Below are positions 14,122-20,343 of a stretch of 20,343 nt of DNA, piece by piece. Positions within the stretch are counted from its first letter, which is position 1; every line of letters begins with the position of its first letter. The translations under genes were made by a program, and so were the position numbers. The notes beneath the pieces were generated by a model, which had not been told where the DNA came from, did no database searches, and worked only from the letters and a program-made list of their open reading frames with translations. Location: positions 1-20,343 of IMG/VR virus record IMGVR_UViG_3300022745_000022; one strand, given 5' to 3'. The stretch is from a virus.

Positions 14122-14598
14122 TCATTTCCATGAAACATAAACTGCCTTGGCAATACAGGTATATCCTGTGGGGGTAACCGCATCGATGGAATCTTTGTAT
14201 ACTTCATACACTTGAGAAGCCAGGCATATCTCGTCAGCGTTTGATCTGTACACATTCACCCAGCCTCTATTGTTGCCGTCCAGCATGGCCCGCGTGGTAC
14301 TCCAGCCATCCGGTAACGGATGCACATTGTCCGTTTGCTCTTCCAGCATCTCCTCATAGATCTGCTGCCAATACTTGAAGTTGGACATCAACTGTTCACG
14401 ACTGTGGGCTATATTGGCGTCCCACACAGGGAATGCCCACCAGTCTATGGGAAGTAATAGGAAGGCTGAGAATGTCTCCCGTGGCTTCTCCATGACAGAC
14501 ATGCGCTGCTCAAGATTGAGCTTTTGGAAGTGCTTGAGGTATGAAGGCCACCAGTCTTTGGATGAGTACCGGGATTCGAACTGTGCAAAGGTTACCAT
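14122..14598 (-). CDS. Hypothetical protein, 158 aa (C-terminal GWVNVY module)
   Basis: Operon-consistent ORF overlapping the upstream stop. Confidence 0.75.
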   Translation of the reverse strand: MVTFAQFESRYSSKDWWPSYLKHFQKLNLEQRMSVMEKPRETFSAFLLLPIDWWAFPVWDANIAHSREQLMSNFKYWQQIYEEMLEEQTDNVHPLPDGWSTTRAMLDGNNRGWVNVYRSNADEICLASQVYEVYKDSIDAVTPTGYTCIAKAVYVSWK

Positions 14599-15356
14599 TC
14601 TATGGGGATTGAGATGATGAGCGATGGTGCTGTCTCTCTTGTGCGTTCCTTGAATTCAATGGTGGCGTAAGGTGGTCCGAATTCCGTTTTAAACACATTG
14701 ACCCACACTGTCTTCTTTAGTGGTGGTGGTGCCATTTCCAGGTTGTACTCCTCCCTATTGGCACACCTTCCATTATCAGCCCAGCGTTCAAGTGCCAAGA
14801 TTCTCTTTGTGTCCTTATCATAGATCACGCCTATATTGCGGAAAGGTCCTCCGGTCACCACTTCTTCCGGAAGCCGGGCCAATACGACCGCTGGATGTCC
14901 GTTCACGGTTCTTGCGAGCTCACCTGTCAGATGCCGCTCCAGATTGAAGGTGAGATCGAAGACCTCCTGTTCGGGGTACAGCTCTTGATTCCTCAACTTG
15001 TACTGCTCAGTGACCACCTGCCCTAACCACTCCAGCCTTGGCTGTAGTGCCTCTTTGACAATAGTATTATGCAAAGTAGGTGTGGTACTGAAGGAAGAGT
15101 CGTAGATATCATTAGGGGTCTTCCACGCATACGATACCCTACCCACTTCTGAAGGAACAGGAAACGGCTCTGTGGTATCCCATTTGAGCGCATTAGCCAT
15201 ATGACACAAGCCCAGCCAGGCTTTGTAGCCCTCCAGGTGTGCCTTCAGTTTTTCAGCGCTACCGAATGGCGCCTTGATCAATGTTATGACCAGTGCTTCG
15301 TACTTGATGCGCATGGTCTTGAGAATCTCGAAGTTCTTGTCGTTGAATTTGTACAT
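14592..15356 (-). CDS. Hypothetical protein, 254 aa (FNLE..LTGE.ART..G...VWVNVF module)
   Basis: Long ORF; the C-terminal half resembles a common small phage domain. Confidence 0.8.
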   Translation of the reverse strand: MYKFNDKNFEILKTMRIKYEALVITLIKAPFGSAEKLKAHLEGYKAWLGLCHMANALKWDTTEPFPVPSEVGRVSYAWKTPNDIYDSSFSTTPTLHNTIVKEALQPRLEWLGQVVTEQYKLRNQELYPEQEVFDLTFNLERHLTGELARTVNGHPAVVLARLPEEVVTGGPFRNIGVIYDKDTKRILALERWADNGRCANREEYNLEMAPPPLKKTVWVNVFKTEFGPPYATIEFKERTRETAPSLIISIPIEW

Positions 15357-15360
15357 GGTA

Positions 15361-15879
15361 TTAAAGTTTGGTTTGTCCTGTGAATGCTTTGATTACTGTG
15401 AGCAGCTCTTCTTCAGTGGTGATGTAGGGAGCACGCTTGCTGCGTTGGTTACCCCATATCAGAACAATGCCCTGGTGCCTGTTGAAGGTTACTGTGAGAT
15501 CACCATAGGCTTTGTACACCACACTGTCCCTATTGGAGTCAGTGGACTCTAGATACCCGTACGCGTGGTGCAGCATGGATACCAACAATGGAAACTGCGG
15601 TGGCTTGTACATCAAGCGCTCCTGCGTGCGTATATCCGCCTCACGATCGAGCTTATTGAGCATCTCATCTGTGTAGGCACTGTAGGATAGCTCACGCAGG
15701 CGTTTCCAGTCCACTGATTTGTCCACATCACTACCCACTGAGGTACGGATGGAGATCTCAGCAGCATCGTAGACTTCACGGAAAGCGAACCACTTGCGTT
15801 CTGAATGTTGTTGCTGTTTGAATAGGAGTATGGTAGCGAATGTGGCTATGGCCAGCACGATCAGGATAGCTGTGGACAT
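15361..15879 (-). CDS. Hypothetical protein with N-terminal membrane anchor, 172 aa
   Basis: MSTAILIVLAIATFATILLFK; start moved to ATG 15879 because the longer ORF crosses a terminator. Confidence 0.75.
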   Translation of the reverse strand: MSTAILIVLAIATFATILLFKQQQHSERKWFAFREVYDAAEISIRTSVGSDVDKSVDWKRLRELSYSAYTDEMLNKLDREADIRTQERLMYKPPQFPLLVSMLHHAYGYLESTDSNRDSVVYKAYGDLTVTFNRHQGIVLIWGNQRSKRAPYITTEEELLTVIKAFTGQTKL

Positions 15880-15898
15880 GAGTTTGGTTTTGAATGTG

Positions 15899-15933
15899 AA
15901 AAGAATGGGAGAGCCTTCAGATGGGCTCTCCCA
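15899..15933 (-). terminator. Intrinsic terminator-like hairpin
   Basis: TGGGAGAGCC-CATCTGAA-GGCTCTCCCA followed by TTCTTTT. Confidence 0.75.
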
Positions 15934-16105
15934 GCTGCATAACACGTTACCCGTAGCGCGAAGCAGCAGCTTTATCGGTCCATACAGTGAACGTGGCATC
16001 AGTGGTGGATAGAATAGGGAGGCTCAGGGAGCAGGTCCTGAGCACTCCCATTAGCCCGAGGGTTACTCAGGAGGTTAGTACACCTTGTGAGTGTACTGTG
16101 TGAGA

Positions 16106-16378
16106 TCACTCCCACTCAGGAGGTGGGAACAGAAAGATCAAGGTAGCGGCGATAAAGACACCCAGGAATCCTGTGATGACTATCCAGACGCCCACTGAAG
16201 GACCTGTAGCATCAAAACGGAGGTGCTGGGAGATGAATTCAAGGGCATGGTTGTGAAGTTCTCCATGCATCCAGGACCAAGCGGTGGTTCCAAGGATGGT
16301 GAAAGAGAGGACGAACAGGAGCATGAGGAGGCCGAGTAGGAGCCTGTATGATAGGATCCTGAGGGGTGAGTGTGACAT
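16106..16378 (-). CDS. Membrane protein, 90 aa, 2 TM segments
   Basis: Two long hydrophobic stretches; A/C-rich leader. Confidence 0.7.
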   Translation of the reverse strand: MSHSPLRILSYRLLLGLLMLLFVLSFTILGTTAWSWMHGELHNHALEFISQHLRFDATGPSVGVWIVITGFLGVFIAATLIFLFPPPEWE

Positions 16379-16664
16379 ATTGAGGGGTATTTGGTTGTGA
16401 TGGTGACGAGTTGAGGGTGGGAAGTGGGAGCACAGAAGGGTTGAGAGCTGTGAGTGGAGCTGAGGAGGAGCTATATAGTTGCGGATGTCAGAGAGAGTTG
16501 ATACTTAGCGGAATAGAGAGAGGAGTGAGGGGAGAGGGTAGCAGGTCCGCAGGACCACTCACAGCGTGCTCAAGGAGGTGTAAAAATACGTTCTATGGAT
16601 ATATCATTGCAGAGTGAGCGTGTAACTTATTCATTCTCATTCACTTATCTACTCAACCTTGTGC

Positions 16665-16714
16665 GGAAAAACGCACAGATCGAACGAAACGCGTGGAAAA
16701 AACGCACACATCGA
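16665..16714 (+). repeat. Imperfect direct repeat pair (iteron/operator-like)
   Basis: GGAAAAACGCACAGATCGA (16665-16683) and GGAAAAAACGCACACATCGA (16695-16714). Confidence 0.7.
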
Positions 16715-16737
16715 CATACCTATCCAGTTTTTAGCTG

Positions 16738-16745
16738 TATATTCG
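16738..16745 (+). promoter_or_regulatory. Bacteroidota -7-like promoter element (TATATTCG)
   Basis: One mismatch to TAnnTTTG, 18 nt before ATG 16764. Confidence 0.45.
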
Positions 16746-16763
16746 CACAAAATATACTCAATC

Positions 16764-17309
16764 ATGAACAAACTCACCCCTTTGCACACCCAACTAGCTG
16801 ATAAACTGCTGAATATGATGCGTTTGGGCAGCTTATCCCGACAGAATCAGGTCACCCCTGGAGTAGCAGGTTATTCAGTGGGCGGTGAAACAAGGTCCTT
16901 CCGGCTTCACCAGGAGATCACGATCGTTGACCGCACTCTCTATGATGGCCTCTCAATTGGTGCTATTAAACTGGTACTCAAGATCCAACAGGAACTGGAG
17001 ATGAACAATCCACTGTGGGAATGCAGCAATCCCAAGTCAGACATACGTCGTCATCTGGCTGAGCTCAAGCGCAATGACATCATCGAAGCCATTCCAGGCA
17101 CCGATATGTATATCGTTAGTCCGGCCAAGATCCGTCGTGGTCATCCACTGATCACCCTCGGTGCACTCTATGAGTACTGCAAGCGCAGATACACTGAGGA
17201 TAAGCACTGGAAGATCAGCAATGTGGATATCAGGGCATTACGCTCCTCGGGAGTAGCTGTTGCACGGCTACCATTTGATATGGATGTACCTGAGGCGGGC
17301 GAAATGTGA
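16764..17309 (+). CDS. Winged-helix DNA-binding protein, RepL-like replication/maintenance family, 181 aa
   Basis: LSIGAIKLVLKI...DIRRHLAELKRNDII...MYIVSPAKIRRG follows the RepL-type pattern LS..A.KL...I / R...EL....II / Y.INP....G; start moved to ATG 16764. Confidence 0.6.
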   Translation: MNKLTPLHTQLADKLLNMMRLGSLSRQNQVTPGVAGYSVGGETRSFRLHQEITIVDRTLYDGLSIGAIKLVLKIQQELEMNNPLWECSNPKSDIRRHLAELKRNDIIEAIPGTDMYIVSPAKIRRGHPLITLGALYEYCKRRYTEDKHWKISNVDIRALRSSGVAVARLPFDMDVPEAGEM

Positions 17310-17384
17310 ATATTCTGCCCTTATTACGGGCATTTGTGTAGGCCACTGACTCCCGAGTTCAGTACTTGACTGTGGGGCTGGGTT

Positions 17385-17414
17385 AAAAAAGACCAGGCTC
17401 CTTCGAGCTGGTCT
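17385..17414 (-). terminator. Intrinsic terminator at convergent gene ends
   Basis: AGACCAGCTC-GAAG-GAGC(C)TGGTCT followed by TTTTT, 9 nt after a stop codon. Confidence 0.75.
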
Positions 17415-17423
17415 ACGAGTTGA

Positions 17424-17633
17424 TCACTCGCAACGGTCTTCGAGCTGTTCTCCCCACCGGTCGACGCTCTGTTCTTCGTGCTGGTCGTGCAGCCAATCTT
17501 CGAGCAGTTTGAAGCCTGCAGCCATGGGAATGACTGCCACAATGCTCCACTCGCTGAATGAGGTGCTAGAGAGGACGGCTGTGGTGGCCACGAACAATGC
17601 CATAGCGAGCCACAAGTTGGTGTACTGTTTCAT
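17424..17633 (-). CDS. Small membrane protein, 69 aa
   Basis: Hydrophobic N-terminal half, acidic tail; A/C-rich leader. Confidence 0.65.
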   Translation of the reverse strand: MKQYTNLWLAMALFVATTAVLSSTSFSEWSIVAVIPMAAGFKLLEDWLHDQHEEQSVDRWGEQLEDRCE

Positions 17634-17654
17634 ATATTGGGATTGATTGATGAC

Positions 17655-17688
17655 AAAGGAAGGTCAGCCCCCTTGCAGGAGCTGACCT
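17655..17688 (-). terminator. Terminator-like hairpin
   Basis: AGGTCAGCTCC-TGCAA-GGGGGCTGACCT with a weak U tract (TCCTTTG). Confidence 0.55.
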
Positions 17689-17707
17689 CTTTCTGTGGTT
17701 CAGCAGA

Positions 17708-18319
17708 TTACGCGGTCTTCTGCGCGATGCCGGACAGCTTGGTCTCGGGAGCTGCAGGTGCTGCAACTTCCTCGACGTCTGCGCCCCAACGACGGCCTTT
17801 GCTGGCCACGATGGCTGCGACCGGAGTCATGCTCTTGACCACAATGGCCTCGTGCGTGCTCTCCAGCCTGTTACCGGCTGCATCACGGTCCTGAACCTGG
17901 ACGGTGTCCAGCAACAGGTCAACAGTCTGGCCGCTGAAGAACTGGGTCTTCGTGCCGTCGTTGTTGATGATGCCGAACGACAGTTGACTCTGGTTGAGCA
18001 ACTGGTCGAACAGGATGCGTGCTTCGTCTTTGTCGCCTGCGGCCTCCAAGGCAATGGCCTTGGCATGTCCTTCAGTGAACATGGTGCTGTTGCACACGCT
18101 GGCTTTGTTGACGTTGAAGGAGTAAATGTCCTTGAGGACGCCCTTCTGCCCGTTCAGGCCCGTGATGTTCTCATCATAGTAGCCGAGCTGTGGTTTACCG
18201 CTCACCTGGCAGCGCACGGGTGTGCCTGTCATGGAACGATTGACCTCGCTGCGGCTGTTCATGATGTTGTTGAACCTGCGCTCTTCGGCGCCAATGGTGC
18301 GAACTTTGGTCTGTGACAT
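17708..18319 (-). CDS. Hypothetical protein, 203 aa (MSQTKVRTIG...), first gene of the leftward arm
   Basis: Start moved to ATG 18319; marked C/G third-position codon bias suggests high expression; function not recognised. Confidence 0.8.
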   Translation of the reverse strand: MSQTKVRTIGAEERRFNNIMNSRSEVNRSMTGTPVRCQVSGKPQLGYYDENITGLNGQKGVLKDIYSFNVNKASVCNSTMFTEGHAKAIALEAAGDKDEARILFDQLLNQSQLSFGIINNDGTKTQFFSGQTVDLLLDTVQVQDRDAAGNRLESTHEAIVVKSMTPVAAIVASKGRRWGADVEEVAAPAAPETKLSGIAQKTA

Positions 18320-18534
18320 GGTCTTTGCTTTATGGGTGATTGAAATGATGACGCATGTTAGATGACGGGGCCAAGCCTCCGCAAAAGTTAGTAGCGGGGC
18401 CTCTCTCGAGGTGGTACCCCAACCCCCCGACACCCTCAAATTTTTAAAAAAAAATTCTTGGTACACTCATTCAGTGTACTTACCTTAGCCTCTGCATTCA
18501 ATTCACTCAGCTCCTTCACATCAAACTCATCGCT
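18320..18534. promoter_or_regulatory. Divergent intergenic control region at the strand switch
   Basis: Separates the leftward and rightward blocks; -7-like TAACTTTTG (minus, 18382-18390) and TACCTTAG (plus, 18481-18488); C tract and A/T tract between them. Confidence 0.55.
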
Positions 18535-18834
18535 ATGCTCCTCAAAGCTTTCGTTGACCACTCCAACATCATCTGGCCCATCTTCGGCGCCGCTGTGCTG
18601 GTAATGCTCGCTCTGTTCGCCTTCATCCCGGGCAACAGGATCTACACTGCCCCTCCCGGTAACAAGGCCGGTGGACTAGTGCTACTACTCGCTGCAGCCG
18701 GTTGGCTCGTGGCCTGGGGTAAGGACATGATCACCCTCAGTTCGGTACCCATAGTGAATAACCTGGTGACCGTGGGCATCGGTGTCATCCTCACAATCCT
18801 GGGCTTATGCGTACTCGTGGTCTGGCACAAGTAG
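18535..18834 (+). CDS. Membrane protein, 99 aa, 3 TM segments
   Basis: Three hydrophobic helices; A/C-rich leader. Confidence 0.75.
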   Translation: MLLKAFVDHSNIIWPIFGAAVLVMLALFAFIPGNRIYTAPPGNKAGGLVLLLAAAGWLVAWGKDMITLSSVPIVNNLVTVGIGVILTILGLCVLVVWHK

Positions 18835-19148
18835 TACTGGTCTCAGTCGCTGCCTTCTTCAATGCGGTGATGGACAGTGTGGGTGATTCGGTGCACTTCA
18901 ATGCATCGGTCTTCCACAAACTGGATCCCACCTTCTGGAGTAAGGATGCCTCCTGGAATACGGCCACCCATGTCTTCGGCTACAAAGTGGACGCTTGGCA
19001 CCTGTCCAAGTCCCTGGTGGTGGTATGCCTCTGTCTGGCCATCGTCCTACCGGCCGTAGCGCGGTTCAAGTGGTGGATGGAGCTGCTGATCGCAGGTGCG
19101 CTATGGAACATCACATTCAACATTTCCTATCACTTTCTGATTCGTTGA
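18807..19148 (+). CDS. Membrane protein (NAVMD...FW...SW...DAWHL family)
   Basis: Hydrophobic segments plus an MD/DAWH motif pattern recalled from Bacteroidota phage membrane proteins. Confidence 0.7.
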   Translation: MRTRGLAQVVLVSVAAFFNAVMDSVGDSVHFNASVFHKLDPTFWSKDASWNTATHVFGYKVDAWHLSKSLVVVCLCLAIVLPAVARFKWWMELLIAGALWNITFNISYHFLIR

Positions 19149-19149
19149 T

Positions 19150-19674
19150 ATGGAGTCATACATTGATAAGGCCGTTATCGCTTCCCGTGAAGAGCGGCAC
19201 GAGGTTTGGCTATTGACACAGAGACTGACTTTGGATGCGCTGAACGACGAAACGGGATTCATCCACCACCAGGTGTTCGAACCACAGACACTGCTAGTGG
19301 CCAAAGATGAGCCGACGTTCATCGCATATGCCAATAGGCGTGTGAGCCTACCGAAGTCCATACTCCGTAACACGGATTACTTCAGGCGTATCGACAACAA
19401 GTTCAGCCTGCAGCTAATCTCTACGGCCACTGGCGAAACGATACGACAGGAGTGGTTGCCACTGCAGAACATAAAGGCCGATAGCCTGTATAGCCACCTG
19501 TACAGCATGATCATCGATATCGTGAACAAATGGGAAGTTGAAATCATGAAAGGACAATTAAAGATCACATTGCACGCGGATGTACCAGACCCACGATATG
19601 AACGACCTGTTGCTGCAGATGCAGGCTCCAACGCAGGAGCTGCAACTGGTAGTAACGCCTCAGGGAAACCTTGA
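19150..19674 (+). CDS. Hypothetical protein, 174 aa
   Basis: Starts 1 nt after the upstream stop; operon-consistent. Confidence 0.75.
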   Translation: MESYIDKAVIASREERHEVWLLTQRLTLDALNDETGFIHHQVFEPQTLLVAKDEPTFIAYANRRVSLPKSILRNTDYFRRIDNKFSLQLISTATGETIRQEWLPLQNIKADSLYSHLYSMIIDIVNKWEVEIMKGQLKITLHADVPDPRYERPVAADAGSNAGAATGSNASGKP

Positions 19675-19733
19675 GGTGCGCATCGTCGTGTCTGACCCGC
19701 TATTCGAACTCACGCACACTTAAAACCCCAATT

Positions 19734-19937
19734 ATGGACGACAATAAAGACCTCACCGAAGAACCCAAGACACAGGAAGCCACTCAACCAGTGCTTCCGC
19801 AGCAAGAGGAGTACATCCCTAATCAGCCACTGACTCCCAAGGAAGACCTGGCTGACAGCATGGGTCCGATCCACGAGGCTCCAGTGGCCGATAAAGATGG
19901 TGTGACCAAGCGCATTGGCGAGAACTACGCAGGATGA
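19734..19937 (+). CDS. Small acidic hypothetical protein, 67 aa (MDDNKDLTEEPK...)
   Basis: ATG 19734 after an A/C-rich leader. Confidence 0.65.
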   Translation: MDDNKDLTEEPKTQEATQPVLPQQEEYIPNQPLTPKEDLADSMGPIHEAPVADKDGVTKRIGENYAG

Positions 19938-20278
19938 ACCGCTTCAGAGACCACTGGAGGATAAATGAAAGGACAATCACCTGGCATGAAGCCTTGGGTA
20001 TTTTCAAAACTCAACAACAGCATATGAACCTCACACTCGGAGAGAAAAGGGTACGGACGAAGTTCAACCCATCAAGCAACAGTCAGGTGGACCTGCTCAA
20101 GACAGTAGCCGCTGATTTCATCAACAAAGTCAACGATATCACCATACCGCATAGCCCTGAGAACGCGAATGAAGCTAACGTGGAAGAGCGCTACGGAGAA
20201 TTCAATCGTCTGAAGGCTCTGGCCATGATGCATATTGAAGATGCTGCCATGTGGGCGGTGAAAGCAGCCACGATCTGA
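19934..20278 (+). CDS. Acb2/Tad1-like helical hairpin protein (DUF7681-like), candidate immune-signal sponge
   Basis: TLGEKRVRTKFNPS...RLKALAMMHIEDAAMWAVKAAT matches the recalled R..ALA.T.LE.A.MW..KA hairpin motif; alternative start ATG 20024 (84 aa). Confidence 0.65.
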   Translation: MNRFRDHWRINERTITWHEALGIFKTQQQHMNLTLGEKRVRTKFNPSSNSQVDLLKTVAADFINKVNDITIPHSPENANEANVEERYGEFNRLKALAMMHIEDAAMWAVKAATI

Positions 20279-20343
20279 TGACTCGAAGCCTTGAACTGGA
20301 GACCGGTCCCGATGTCGTGCGTGATTGCATACTGGCCATGCGG
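20278..20343 (+). CDS. Start of a hypothetical protein running off the right edge (MTRSLELETG...)
   Basis: TGATG stop/start overlap; open to the window edge. Confidence 0.5.
   Translation, partial: MTRSLELETGPDVVRDCILAMR

Noticed and set aside
17708-18319. Single-stranded DNA-binding protein call
   Set aside because: Only suggested by position and codon bias; no recognisable motif or acidic aromatic tail.
18535-19148. Holin/lysis cassette
   Set aside because: Topology is compatible, but there is no endolysin or spanin nearby and no family motif was recognised.
1-20343. Genome-wide TGA or TAG stop-codon reassignment
   Set aside because: Many genes end in TGA with ATGA/TGATG coupling to the next start, conserved genes are intact under code 11, and only one internal TGA was noticed.

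Overview
Segment of a dsDNA tailed-phage genome with a probable Bacteroidota host. This is inferred from TAnnTTTG-type promoter motifs, A/C-rich leaders without Shine-Dalgarno sites, a signal peptide ending Ala-Gln, and a Crassvirales-like layout. Most genes in 1-18319 lie on the minus strand. At the left is a replication module: uracil-DNA glycosylase, a family A DNA polymerase and a DnaA domain IV-like protein. The polymerase is split inside motif B (KTINFG|LAYGM) by a 572-nt group I intron whose HNH endonuclease ORF overlaps almost the whole ribozyme core. Upstream is a long run of small accessory genes, a tRNA-Gln(UUG) and several ORF-free, highly structured spacers. One spacer ends in a tRNA acceptor/T-arm minihelix. 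Most spacers end in a terminator-like hairpin only about 12-25 nt before the next start codon. Two genes run against the flow: a Dps/ferritin-like gene and a RepL-like wHTH gene. A strand switch at about 18320-18534 opens a plus-strand block with membrane proteins and an Acb2/Tad1-like hairpin protein. All family names are recalled from motifs; no database search or folding program was run.
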